DNA from: Heptranchias perlo
Lineage: Eukaryota
Assembly (NCBI RefSeq): GCF_035084215.1
Contig: NC_090365.1
Span: forward strand, 2,418,001 to 2,482,000
Direction: 5' to 3'
Length of the DNA: 64,000 nt
The position numbers were made by a program, and so were the translations under genes. The notes under the pieces were generated by a model, which did no database searches, was not told where the DNA came from, and saw nothing but the letters and a program-made list of their open reading frames with translations. Shown one piece after another: positions 1 through 13,267 of this stretch; position 1 is the stretch's first letter; each line of letters starts with the position of its first letter.

Positions 1-257
1 GGAAGAGAAGAGCATGATAACACTTTTTAAAAAATGTGCGTTACTTGCGTCGATCAGCAAAAAGGACCCTTGTGAGTTACGGACAGCTGGGACCGTAGAG
101 CTGGGATTGGACAACGTGGACAAGTCAAGATCATTGCCATAAGAGCACAACTCACAGGAAGGAACTATAAGCAGCACTTCAGTCTGAGACTCTGGATGTG
201 AATCACACAAACTCCTGAAGAGAAGCAGGTCAGTTCATTTTAATTTTTCCTTCACCG

Positions 258-525
258 TGAATTTTAAGATAATTGGCAAAAGAGCCAGTGGGGAGATGAG
301 GAGAATTTTTTTTTTGACGCTGTGAGTTGTTCTGATCTGGAATGCGCTGCCTGAAAGGGCGGTGGAAGCAGATTCAATAATAACTTTCAAAAGGGAATTA
401 GATAAATACTTGAAAAGGAAAAAAATTGCAGGGCAAGAGAGTGGGACTAATTAGATAGTTCTTTCAAAGAGCCAGCACAGACATGATGGGCCGAATGGGC
501 TGCTTCTGTGCTGTGTGATTCTATG
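258..525 (+). mobile_element. CR1 3' fragment
   Basis: tggaatgcgctgcctgaaagggcggtggaagc...gatgggccgaatgg. Confidence 0.75.
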
Positions 526-1939
526 ACTGAATTCCTTTGTCCCTATTCTGGAGGATTTAACTGCACGAGGATTCCTTGAGTGAGAACTCTCGCCACTAAA
601 CTCCAATAGGCAACCTTCCTGATCTTGTCTCTCTGTTCGCTTTCCAACGCGTATTTAAAAAACATATTTCAATGATGTAATGGTGGATATGCCTTCCCAT
701 CAACGGTCAAACGTTGGGTTTACGGCTGTACAAAACACTCATCCCAATCTGTGTTAGATAAAAATATTTGGTCCCACTGTTGTACAGTAGAATTTCGAGG
801 TTGATTTGTTGGTGTGAAATTGAACTTCTGACTTGTCAAGACTCATTCAGTTCGATCCAACATTATAATCCATTTTGACGTATCTCACTCTTAAGTTAAA
901 CATCTCCACGTGTTTCGATGAATTTGTGATCTGTCTCACTCATCTTGATCATAAATCTCACTCTTAATAATTCACCAGTGATGACAACTCCATAATCCCC
1001 TCGGTTCACACACCTGTTACACCGATTGGGCATAAAACAGACTGTTTAGTCCCTTACCCACACCTTCCCAGCCATCGGTGAAGCACTGTACGCTTCTTTT
1101 ACCTTAGTAAATGCCTTTTTACCAGAGCAAGTGACTGCCTTAAACAAATGTTGAATTAAGAGTGTAATATATCCCCCCTTTTTACAAGGGGGAGAAATGA
1201 CGGTGTTTAGTTGGAGGGAGTGGAGAAGACTGTATGCTAATGTGTGTAAGTGAGAGTTGACACAGTCGGGTCGACTCTGTTAGTAGTGGATTGACTCATG
1301 ATGTGCACGTGTGATGCAACCACAAAGCGGTGCCTGCCGTGTTCTGCAATCAGAATGGGCGCCATTTCCACGTGTTGGGAAGGAGCATGTTCTTCCCGTT
1401 CACTGATCATCACGTAGTCAATCCCGGTTCAGTGAATATTTCTTCCAAGAGAAAGGAACCAAAAAAACCTCCTAAATCCAGTCTGCACCTGTAAATTCCC
1501 ATTCAGCCAATACTTTTTCTTCCTATATTACACACTTGTTAACTGCTCTCATTTCCACAATCTATCAAATAATGTAAGGTTTAAACTGTTCATAGTCTGA
1601 AACTCTTTTGGCATAGATAGTTTTGAGTTGCAATTAAAAGTGCGCAGCAGAAATGATTCCCCACTCCAGTGAGCTTCTTTGCCTCCTTGTCCTGAAGACG
1701 AGGACTCCTGCCGAGTGTGGTTCCACAGGGCATGGCTGCCTACCAGTACATCACACATGTGCCACTCTTCACCCATGGGTCTAAACAATAAGGGAAGAGG
1801 GGGCGTTGCAGGCGAGCCTGGTCCACACAGGTATGCCCCACAGCAGAGGTCACTGGGTGGCGACCGGGTTCAGGGTTCCTGGCCAATTTTTTTTTTCCCT
1901 TGGTCAGGAGCGCTGAGAAAAATTGTAGTACTCCTACAA

Positions 1940-2240
1940 CAATAACTTGCATTTATATAGCGCCTTTAACATAGTAAAACATCCCAAGGGGCTTCACAGG
2001 AGCGATTATCAGACAAAGTTTAATACCGAGTCACATAAGGAGATATTAGGGACAGGTGACCAAAAGCTTAGTCAAAGAAGTAGGTTTTAAGGAGGGTCTT
2101 AAAGGAGGAGAGAGAGGTGGAGAGGTTTAGAGAGGGAATTCCAGAGCTTAGGGCCCAGGCAGCTGAAGGCACGGCCGCCAATGGTGAAGCGATGGAAATT
2201 GGGGATACGCAAGAGGCCGGAATTAGAGGAGCGCAGAGAT
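1940..2240 (-). mobile_element. L2-type LINE 3' fragment
   Basis: Reverse complement of the GGRAFSCLGPKLWNSLP region plus tail. Confidence 0.75.
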
Positions 2241-2379
2241 CCTACTCCTGTCTCAGCACAGACCAAGGATTGTGCTGAAATGTTCCTGCTCTGTATTGCT
2301 CGGGTGTTGCATTTACCAATGAAAGCGTTGATGGGCCAGGAACAATTAATAATGTTTCAGAGTGCACTCCTAATAATTG

Positions 2380-2383
<4 letters not shown>

Positions 2384-2411
<28 letters not shown>

Positions 2412-2437
2412 TCCTCTCTCTCTCTCTCTCTCACACA

Positions 2438-2472
<35 letters not shown>

Positions 2473-2500
2473 CACACTCCTCTCTCTCTCACAGACACAT
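2384..2500. repeat. (CA)n/(CT)n microsatellite
   Basis: Direct reading. Confidence 0.95.
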
Positions 2501-2527
2501 ACGTCTGCTTGCATTTTCTGTCAACAT

Positions 2528-2721
2528 TTTCCATTATACATTCCTATGTCCACATTTATAATGGGAACTTCCTATGTAAACTTGTCACACACTGTAATTA
2601 CACCTTCCCTCTGGTGGAGGTGCTGAATCGCCACCACTGGTAGGAAGGTGTAATTACAACTTAACAAGATGACATCTGCAGTTTCCATCATAAATGCGGA
2701 GCTTGGAGTTTGTAATGGAAA
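2528..2721. repeat. Long imperfect inverted repeat (hairpin)
   Basis: Perfect 16-bp arms tgtaattacaccttcc (2593-2608) / ggaaggtgtaattaca (2643-2658), extending imperfectly to ~90 bp. Confidence 0.85.
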
Positions 2722-3769
2722 TATAGAAGAATTAAGTCTGCATGTCTTGGTTCAGTTATTCCAATCCTCTCACACCCCTTCACCTGAAGTCTCGACTCCC
2801 CGTGTGAGTCCAATGTAAATCTCCATGACTATGAAGATGCAATTCTTCATCTCTCTCTGCTCTTCCCCATGGCAAAAGGGCATTGTGTGGTGCATACCAC
2901 GTAGGAGATAAAGTATTGTGTTCATTGACAGTGTGAGGGGGTGGGTCAGCTCCAGGAACAGTTGCTGAACCCCTGAATTTGGTTCGACAGTTCTCGTGGC
3001 TGCCCCAGAAAATGCTGGAAAGCGCTCAGCAGGTCAGGCAGCGTCTGTGGAGGGAGAGAAACGTAGATTTAACGTTTCAGGCCGATGACCTTTCGTCAGG
3101 TTCTGAAACGTTGGTGCAATTTTAACCTAACCCATCTATTGGGAAACTGATGGGATTGGGGGCAATGCTGGTTTTGGACCACACCTGATTTTAATCTCCA
3201 TTGAAATCAACGGAGAGCAATATTGGGCGGGGTGTAAAACCAGAGTTCCACTCGATCCTGTGGGTTTCTCACCTGGCGAGTTGGGATAAAATTAACCCCC
3301 TTTTATTCTGTTTTTCTCTCTCCACAGAGGCTGCCTGACCTGCTGAGGGTTTCCAGCATTTTCTGTTTTTATTTCAGATTTCCAGCATTCGCAGTATTTT
3401 GCCTTTTTCCCCTCTGAGACGTTAAACTCCAGTTGGTCCCGTACCAGACTGCATTGCCCGCTGTTCGATCAGGGGACGAACTTGAGCTGGTGACTCGTCA
3501 GAAAGGCTGAAATTTGCATCTGGGATTCTGACTTTCTAAATCTAATCTCTCTTTCTGAGTGGGTGGTCAATTCCAGATTTACTTACCGTAACAAGCAAAG
3601 CAAAACTGAGACTGGGGCAGACTAAGAACATGAAGAGAAACTGAAGGAACGAATTAAAAAAAGAAAGTAAGCTGGTAATTTCTTTCTGGTCCTGGGACCT
3701 AACATCCCACAAATTGAGAGTCACTTCACTTCAAAAAAGGAATTCACTGGTAAACCACTGAGACGTATA

Positions 3770-4140
3770 ACGTTCTCCGCCTCTCTCCCCTCCTTTTAAG
3801 ACACTTCATGAAACCCACCTCTTTGACCAAGCTCTCCGAGGTCTCTGCCCTCCTCCAATTCCGGTCTCTTGCGCATCCCCGATTTCCATTGCCCCACCAT
3901 TGGTGGCCGTGCCTTGAGCTGTCTAGGCCCTAAGTTCTGGAATTCCCTCCCTGAACCTCTCCGCCTCTCTCTCCTCCTTTTAAGATGCTCCTCAAAACCT
4001 ACCTCTTTGACCAAGCTTTTGGTCACCTGTCCTAATATCTCCTTATGTGGCTCAGTGTCAAATTTTGTCTGATTTACGCTCCTGTGAAGCACCTTGGGAT
4101 GTTTTACTATGTTAAAGGCGCTATATAAATGCAAGTTGTT
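3770..4140 (+). mobile_element. L2-type LINE 3' fragment
   Basis: TIGGRALSCLGPKFWNSLP; tail ggcgctatataaatgcaagttgtt. Confidence 0.8.
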
Positions 4141-6007
4141 CTATCCATGTGAATATTATTAACTGTACACAGGGTGGAAGAGTGTGAATTCTGATCTGAT
4201 TTGACTGTGTGATTTTTGCCTACTCTCTTGAATGCGCTGGCTCTTCTTAGGGTATATTGTAGTGTGCTGGCAGTCCTTCAGTACCTCGCCCTAGTGGTCA
4301 TTCTCCATGCGAGAGCGTGGACAGTGGTTGACGGTAAGCTATTTGACCTCGAAAGGCATCACAGCTGCATCCCGGTCCAGCCTTCATCCGGTGTCCATGC
4401 AGGCACAAACCTTCCAGTATGGGATGGGGGGTGAGGGGATGGGGGTCACGAGATAATGATCAGGAGTGGAAACCCCGGCTGGTTTGTATTCCCCTCTCCC
4501 TAACCCAACGACACTGAGGCCAATTGTTGTCCCCTTACTCCGCTGTGATAAACTGACTCCACATAGACCAGCGATTGGACCTTTTGGGTCAACATGGCCG
4601 AATGAAGCCTTGTTACAAGTGTCACATTGTAATAAACTCTTGCGTTCTCCTGGTGGAAGTTCCCTTGTGCTACTTCCCTGATGCATACTGGGAATAAGGA
4701 GTGCTTCATGGTCATATCATGTTGACTTGGTAATTCCCCCCACCCCAACCTCCCCGATAGGTTAGCATTACAGTGTGGATTCTTGGCTAAATCAGGCTCA
4801 CTCTGACCAGTCACTTTGGGAACCGCATGAGAAATCCCAGCCACTCCACCCTGTATCGCCCCGTCGACTGCAGCTCAGGGTTAGACTGTAATGAATACTA
4901 TAAATATACACTGAATGTTGTTACTTGGTAATTACCCAATCACAGTTATAGTAGTGACACCGTACATGTTAAACCTTCAGCGTTCCTGCTATTGTGCATC
5001 AGCTATCCTGATGTTGAATACGGTGGGAATGCTTCAGTGTTATAATACAATGAGAGACATAGATAAGGTGGAAATAAATTAATGACTTATCTTGGGCAGT
5101 GAGTCCCGGACTGGAGTGGCTAAGGACAAAATCTAACAAGTGCAAGTTAGAGATTAGGGAAAACTTTTTGCCCACAGGATAGAGGCTTACACTCCCAGAG
5201 AAGAGAGTTGATTTGGGGGCCAATGGGCACCTTTAAAAATCAGCTCAATCGATAACGGTTGACCAATGGGGACTGAGGGTTGGAGAGATATCAAAATCAC
5301 TGTTGGGGAAGGAGATTAGTGGTACCTAAAGTATAGGAACAATAGATGGTGTGGGAGGGAAGTCCATCATAGAATAATCAGATATGTGCCCTGAATGGAG
5401 TAGGTTTGATGGGCCAGATGGCCTTTGCTCACTCCTGATTTTCTTATGTTCTCAGATTCTGATTGCCATTATTTTGGATTTGCACTGTTTTACGTTGAAG
5501 GGTAGTTTTGGCAGCATCAAATCTATGCATGTACAGTTGCTTCCTCCCTAAACCTCTCCACCTCTCTCTCCTCCTTTAAGACGCTCCTTAAAACCTACTT
5601 CTTTGACCAAGGTTTTGATCACCTGTCCTAATATCTCCCTATGTGTCAAATGTTTGTCCAATAACGCTCCTGTGAAGCACCTTGGGAGAGCTTTCTGTGT
5701 TAAAGGTCCGACATAAATGTAAGTTGTTGTTGCTCAAACAATGAGACTTTGCCGTTCTGTCTGCGGCCCCTTAAGAGGAAGAGTCATGTTAGATCAGATG
5801 GCTGGTCTATACTGAGCCTAGGAGCAGGATAGAGTTGCAGCCCTGGAGATAAGAAGACAGGAAACATTTATCTTTGCCGGTCGCAACAACTTTGTTTCTG
5901 GAGCAGGGACATGATATAAATGGGACATCAGCACACAATCTTCTGCTGGGACATGTAAGACTGGCAAAATTAAAACCATGGAAACAACATGAGTCAATTA
6001 TTTTATT

Positions 6008-6362
6008 CTTTGTTCTCAAGAGGTGGGTGACGTTGGCGAGACCATATTGATGCCCGGCCCTAGTTGCTCTGAGAAGGTGTTGGTAGGCTCTCTTGCTTGT
6101 TTTTACAACTAATAGGTGACTTTGAAGGATTTTCAGAGCCATCCATATGGTGTGGACTAGAGTCACATGTAGGCCCTGAAGGGCATTCGTGAACCAGTTT
6201 GGGTTTTTATGATGAAACGGTGGTTTTCACACTCATTATCTGGTCCCAGCCCACAAACTACTAGGTTTATTGAATTCACTTTCACAACTTGCCACATTAG
6301 GATTTGAACTCATGACCTTTGGGTTTTCAGTCCCGAATCATAACCACTGCAGTGTCATACCC
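6008..6362 (-). mobile_element. Older copy of the 31540 SINE family
   Basis: Reverse-complement similarity (gaaccagtttgggttttt, ggatttgaactc). Confidence 0.6.
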
Positions 6363-6785
6363 ATTTCCTGCTGCATAACCCTGGAAATAACACCGTGCGA
6401 TATTATTAGGTGACATTTAATGCATTTGGATAAAATACCTCTATCTGCAATTTTAACAGAGGTACTGAACTCTTTATAGCAGGCAAGGTTAACACCTCAT
6501 CAAACGAGGGAACAGGGGAACCTGAGTCAACCACATTAAATGTTCACAAGAACTATTGGAGGTGTGATTTCCAGGCCAATAGAAGAACTTGCATTTATTT
6601 CATGGCTTATCATGTCCTCAGGACATCCCAAAGTGTGATTCGCTTCCAATGAGCTAAGTTTTGAAGTGTAGTCACTGTTGTTATGTTGGCAAACGGGAGT
6701 CGAAATTGTAATCATTATTTCAGTGGGCGCCTACACTAGGTTTCAGCCAGTAACTTACTGTCTGGTATCCATTGTTCCTTACATG

Positions 6786-7200
6786 AGGTGGTGGGTTCAA
6801 GTCCCACTCCAGAGACTTGAGCACAAAATCTAGGCTTGACACTCCAGTGTAGTACTTGAGGGAGTGCTGCACTGTCAGAGGTGCCGTCTTTTGGATGAGA
6901 CATTAAACTGAGGCCCTGTCAGCCTTTCAGGTAGAGGTAAAAGATCTCACGGCACTATTTTGAAGAGGAGTTCTCCCCGTGTCCTGAGCCAATGTTTACC
7001 CCTCCATCAACATCACTAAAAAAACAGATTATCTGTTCGTTATCACATTGCTGTTTGTGAGAGCTTGCTCTGCACAAATTGGCTGCCCTGTTTCCTACAT
7101 TATAGCAGCGACTATGCTTCAAAAGTACTTCATTGGCTGTAAAGCGCTTTGGGACGTCCTGTGGTTGTGAAAGGCGCTATATAAATGCAAGTTCTTTCTT
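6786..7200 (+). mobile_element. tRNA-derived SINE with Deu-type core and L2-like tail
   Basis: B-box GGTTCAAGTCC, core gagggagtgctgcactgtc...gatgagac.ttaaac, tail ggcgctatataaatgcaagt. Confidence 0.8.
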
Positions 7201-8250
7201 TCAGTTCACTTCCTAATGGGCCAACAGCATAAAACCATCCCTAGTGTGACACTTCAACATTTACTGCAATGACTCTCTGTGCACCGCACTCACTGTGAGA
7301 GATGTTCCTCATCCTTATCATCTTTCTATATTCCCCACTGGGTACTTCCCAGCCTAAGCATTAAACTACTTTCAGTCTTTACTTCAGTCTCCAGGGGGTA
7401 TTATACTGACTTACTTTTAGAGGAGTTTCAATTCCCTTTTGCCCATTCCCCCCGCCCCCCATCCAGCGCCCCCACCTTCAGCAGTCACTGGGGAATCCGA
7501 GGGGAAAACTATCATGTCAAATCCAGAAAAGAAAAAAAAATTAGTTGGGGGAGGCAGTGGGCCAAAGAGGAATCTTAAAAAAAAAATAATATTTTTTTAA
7601 AAAGAAAGTTTTATTCTGTAGTGGAAATGTTTCACAATACAATGCCAGGCGGATTTGGCCTCAAACTGGGAGAAGGGTCCACGTAGAACCATGAGATGAA
7701 AGTTGCATTTCTGGCTGTAGGTTGAAAGTGTGGAACGAGATGTGGCCCTAATGGTAAACACCAACCATCGTGTTAGCTGTCTGAATCACATTACAACACT
7801 GTATCCAGAGGCTGTGCTATCTTATAGAAAGAACTTGCATTTATATAGCACCTTTCACATCCTCAGGACGTCCCAAAGCGCTCCACAGCCAATGGAGTTT
7901 CTTTTGATGTGTGGCCACTGTTACATTGCACACGGGCAAGGTCCCACATGCAGCTGTGAGGTAGATGAGCAACTAATCTGTTCTGGGAGTTTTGGGAGAC
8001 CGTCTCTGTTCTTCTGAAAATAGTGGCATCTTGCATGAGTGCTACCAACTGAGCCACAGCTGAGACAGCAAAGCTCCCTCCACTTTACCCCAACAATATT
8101 CCTCAGCCCCAACCTTGGAACAGCAACCCTTGTATGTGTGACATTTCGATTGTCCACACTCGCTCTCCTTGAGTGGGATTGCCAGTTTAGTGTGATGATG
8201 TGCTGTGGGCCTGGGTGTGCTTAGTTCTGGGTTGAGCTGCCCAAACTCTT

Positions 8251-9891
8251 GGGGCGAGAATCTGGACCGTGTAGCGCCCGTTGTTTCAGCGCTACGCGAC
8301 CTCCCGAAGTGCCAAGATGGCGTCTTGGCTGCACATGCACGTTTCCAGCGTGATGTGCGCCAGATGCCATTTTGGTGTAGGTATTAGCCGGCTGCATGTA
8401 AAGTAAGGAGAAAATGGATACAATCAGCGTGCAACGCTGATTTAAAGTGATAAGTTCCAAAATGGTATCTCATGCTCAACTCAACACAGTCTTAACCACA
8501 ACCATCTGAACGTATCGTAGAGTGCCTGGAGGATCCCCACCAGAGCTATTTAAAGGGACCATGCAGGATTTACAGGTTAGTGGCTAGATTATTGCTTCAG
8601 GCTGCCGACACATTTGTACCTGTTTTTGGAGGTCTCCTATACTTGAATACTAGAACGTGGGGACATAGCCTAACATTTAGAGCCAGGACGTGTAGGAGTG
8701 AAGTTAGGAAAAGCTTCTACACACAAAGGGTGGGAGAAGTTTGGAACGCTCCTGCAAATGGCAGCTGATGCTAGCTCAATTGTGAATGCTAAATCTGAGA
8801 TTGATAGATTTCTGTGAACCAAGGGTATTAAGGGATATGGGGCTAAGGCGGGTATATGGAGTTAGGTCACAGGTCAGCCATGATCTCACTGAATGGTGGA
8901 ACAGGCTCTAGGGGCTAAATGCCACTGGCACTTGCTGCCTCCTGATATGCGCCACCTTCTCCTGCAAGAAAGTGGGACGTGTGTCTGGGTGATGTGCCTG
9001 TCGTGGTTGAATAGCTGCCAGAGTGTGTGGCCTGTGAGTTGTGGGTGGGTGGCTTGCAACAGTGGTAATGTGTAAAGGTGAGGGGAAGCATCTGGTTGGA
9101 AGAGTTGCGTACTGATGGAGAGAGTTTGTTGGTAGGTGGGTGATGTGGGGTGTAGTGCGTCGAGCAGTGGATGCAGCTAGTGGTGCAGTTGGTTGGAGAC
9201 GCCATTTGACAGTTGACCTCACTCGCCTTGACCACTCATGTCAAAGCACTGAACTTCTTCCTGCATTGCATCCATGTTTGTGGTGCTGTGCGCCTGGCAT
9301 TGACTTCATCCCCCGCTGCCTCCCACTGCCTTTTGGATATGTGTCTGGAGGGTCTCTTGCTCCCCTCCTCCCCCGCGGATATAGGATGTCCCTCCTCTGT
9401 CCACCTCTTGCACCAAGGTCTCTAGTGCATCAGCTGAGAACCTTGGTGCATGCACACTCGCAGGCCTGGTACCAACTCAGAACGGCAGATTGGTGAGGTC
9501 TGGCATGCAGATTGGAGGATGTGGGATTTAGTAGTGCGCAACCTTTATTCAATGTTTTAACATAACTCATAAGTTTGTAAACATAGGGACAGGACTTGCA
9601 TCTATGTTTTACATGTGCAATGTCTGATCTCCTTTCAGACTCAGTGCAGACAGCAAATAATAGGTACCAGCTACCTTTAAGAGACAGCCTGCCTTTAAGG
9701 GATTGGGGTTCCCTCTGCTGGTGGAAAATGCGAATTGCATTGATTCCTCGTGTCAACGTTAATTTCCAACGCTGCTTGAAAGTGAGTCCTCAGGCCCGAC
9801 GAAAGTCTCGTCCTGCCTGCGCAGGGACCAGCTGGTTAATAGCAGATCATGCTACCCGCGCCCAATAATAGGCCTTATCCAATTTCCCCCC
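8251..9891. mobile_element. Harbinger-type non-autonomous element carrying a Myb/SANT-like remnant and an internal CR1 fragment
   Basis: Imperfect TIRs (ggggcgagaatctgga / tccaatttcccccc). Minus strand ~9220-9470 reads APRFSADALETLVQEV...QWEAAGDEVNARRTAPQTWMQCRKKF. CR1 3' piece at ~8640-8920. Confidence 0.7.
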
Positions 9892-10469
9892 ACCCACATT
9901 GTGCCCAACATGTAGAGGGAAGTTTCATCAGTCTGAGCTAGATTCAAATTCAGGTCCCAAAACTCAAAGGATGATGTTTGACACATTACACCAAACAGTC
10001 CCCAAGATAGAAAATATTTTTAAATACTCAGGGGAGCAGAAAAGTTCTGCTAATGACATTGCCACCTGATTAGCTCTCTGAGATATACTTTCTTGGTATT
10101 TGGCCAAGAAAAACAAATGTGTCTGTGGTAACGGAACAGTGATAGGGTTAAAATGGGATGACTAATTGCGGTATAGTGCAAAAGTGATATAGACGTAATC
10201 TCAGCGCGTACTCTGGAATTCCCTCCCTAAACCCCTCTGCCTCTCCATCTCCCGCTCCTCCTTTAAAACCATCCTTAAAACTCACCTCTTTGACCAAGCT
10301 TTTGGTCACCCCTTCTAATATCTTCTTCTTTGACTTGGTGCCCATTTTTGTCTGATTATGTGTCTGTGCAGCTCCTTGGGAAGTTTTGCTATGTTAGAAT
10401 TGCTATATAAATGCTAATTGCTGCTGTAGTGGTAATGGGAAGGTGGTCGAGATGTTATTGGTTGGTGGT

Positions 10470-10835
10470 AGGGCTGTAATGGGAAGGCGGTGGGGCTGTA
10501 ATGGGAAGGCGGTGGGGCTGTAATGGGAAGGCGGTGGGGCTGTAATGGGAAGGCGGTGGGGCTGTAATGGGAAGGCGGTGGGGCTGTAATGGGAAGGCGG
10601 TGGGGCTGTAATGGGAAGGCGGTGGGGCTGTAATGGGAAGGCGGTGGGGCTGTAATGGGAAGGCGGTGGGGCTGTAATGGGAAGGCGGTGGGGCTGTAAT
10701 GGGAAGGCGGTGGGGCTGTAATGGGAAGGCGGTGGGGCTGTAATGGGAAGGCGGTGGGGCTGTAATGGGAAGGCGGTGGGGCTGTAATGGGAAGGCGGTG
10801 GGGCTGTAATGGGATGGCGGTAGGGCTGTAATGGG
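10470..10835. repeat. 22-bp G-rich minisatellite (gggctgtaatgggaaggcggtg)
   Basis: ~16 near-identical copies. Confidence 0.95.
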
Positions 10836-11559
10836 TTGGTGATAGGAATATTAGGAAGGCAGTAGGTATTCTGAAAGAACATAATTAAATCAGCTGAATG
10901 CTTTCTCCATTCAAACCTGTATTATCACCTTGTGGGGAGTTTGAACCAAGGCTGTCACATTATGAATCAGTGTGAAGGTTCACAAGAGACTCAGTCGCTC
11001 CATGTACTGCCCATCGGGATGCCGTCCCTGGTCTGTGCTGAGGCTCAGTGGTCACACAAACATTACACCTGGTCTCACTGTCTCTGGGCTAGTGAGAGGG
11101 AAACAATTAGCCAGAGTTCCCGCTCTGGATTGTATCCTGCATTCTGGTGAATGTCAGGTGAGGGCCAGGCTTCGCTGTGTTGCCCTCTGTGGTTGAATAG
11201 CTTAACTCATTATCCATGCTCAAATATAACAATTGGATAAGATATTGGAGTGCTGAAGACAGCTCAAATCATTAAAAAGCCACACTAATGTTACTTTACC
11301 TGGAATGTACTGCAGGAAGGAGAGGCAACAGCTATAGTAGTACTAGTAACAGTAATAGTAGCAGCAGTAGTCATAGGTCAAAGTTTTGGTCCAATTGGTA
11401 GCACTTACAGCACTAGGTCAGAAGTGTTAGGAGTTCAAACCCCAGATTGAGGTTGGAATTACTAACAGGCTGACAGCCCACTGAGGAAGTGCTGCATTGT
11501 TAGGTGATTCCTTTCGGGTGAGATGTTAAACCAAGGCTGTTTCTGATTACTTTTTTTTT

Positions 11560-12332
11560 TATTCGTTCATGGGATGTGGGCGTCGCTGGCGAGGCCGGCA
11601 TTTATTGCCCATCCCTAATTGCCCTTGAGAAGGTGGCGGTGAGCCGCCTTCTTGAACCGCTGCAGTCCGTGTGGTGAAGGTTCTCCCACAGTGCTGTTAG
11701 GAAGGGAGTTCCAGGATTTTGACCCAGCGACGATGAAGGAACGGCGATATATTTCCAAGTCGGGATGGTGTGTGACTTGGAGGGGAACGTGCAGGTGGTG
11801 TTGTTCCCATGTGCCTGCTGCTCTTGTCCTTCTAGGTGGTAGAGGTCGCGGGTTTGGGAGGTGCTGTCAAAGAAGCCTTGGCGAGTTGCTGCAGTGCATC
11901 CTGTGGATGGTACACGCTGCAGCCACTGTGCGCTGGTGGTGAAGGGAGTGAATGTTTAGGGTGGTGGATGGAGTGCCAATCAAGCGGGCTGCTTTGTCCT
12001 GGATGGTGTCGAGCTTCTTGAGTGTTGTTGGAGCTGCACTCATCCAGGCAAGTGGAGAGTATTCCATCACACTCCTGACTTGTGCCTTGTAGATGGTGGA
12101 AAGGCTTTGGGGAGTCAGGAGGTGAGTCTCTCGCCGTAGAATACCCAGCCTCTGGCCTGCTTTTGTAGCCACAGTATTTATATGGCTGGTCCAGTTAAGT
12201 TTCTGGTCAATGGTGACCCCCAGGATGTTGAAGGTGGGGGATTCGGCAATGGTAATGCCGTTGAATGTCAAGGGGAGGTGGTTGGACTCTCTCTTGTTGG
12301 AGATGGTCATTGCCTGGTACTTGTCTGGCACG
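11560..12332 (-). mobile_element. Non-LTR retrotransposon 3' end (CR1/L2 superfamily, distinct from the common CR1 here)
   Basis: ILGVTIDQKLNWTSHIN...YKAQVRSVMEYSPLAW...LDTIQDKAARLIG; poly(A) tail seen as a T-run at ~11550. Confidence 0.85.
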
Positions 12333-13267
12333 AATTACTCTTGCGGTTGAGGTGGATATTAGAGATTCCGCTATTCAATGGAGAGTAGGGTGTTCTCCCA
12401 GTTCCCCAGTGTCCTAACCAACGATGATCTCTCAACAAATACCATTTTTAAAAAAGGATAACTGGTCGTTTGCCTCTTTTGCTGTTTGTGGTCCATGTTT
12501 GCCTACAAAATAAGTCACTAAACTTCAAAAGTAATTCATTATGTGAAGTGCTTTGAGAGATTTGGACATGATGAGGTGCTATATATATTCTGATATAATA
12601 CCTCACTGAGGCGATAAGGTCCCCTTGTGCATTTATATTGTGCCTCATCATGTCAAAGCATCTCAAAGTACTTTACATAATGAATTACTTTGGACTGTAG
12701 TGACTTTAGATTTAGGGAAAAACACAATTGCCATCAGTACAGTTGTTATAATAAGAAGGTTAGTGTGTCTAGGGCTAAAGCTACATTGTGATTTTTAATC
12801 TTAAATTTAATTTTAAAAATTGAAAATCTGATAGCTGCTTTATTAAAAGGCCATGGTGCAGCAGAGGAATTGTCCCTTGGATTTCTCAGAGTCTGGTCCC
12901 GTCTGAGTTCTTTGCAGGAAAAAATAACTTCAGTTAATCTCAGTAAGTGCACTTCTCAGTGTGGTACAGATTCACGCACCAGGAAGCTCTTAGTCTGTGC
13001 TGACCTCAGAATGTCCCAATGCGCTTTACAGACAATGAAGTACTTTTTGAAGTGCAGTCACTTGTTGTAGTGTAGGAAACATGGCAGCCAATTTACGCAA
13101 AGCAAGGTCCCACAAACAGCAATGAGATAAATGACCAGATAATCTGTTTTTTTTTTAAATGATGTTGGTTGAGGGGTAAATATTGGCCAGGACATGAGGG
13201 AGAACTCCCATGCTCGTCTTCGAAATAGTGACATGGGACCTTTTACGCCCACTTGAGAGGACATAAA

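Noticed and set aside
1-230. Possible exon (plus-strand donor at ~228 or minus-strand open frame)
   Set aside because: Plus frames contain stops and the minus frame has no recognisable homology
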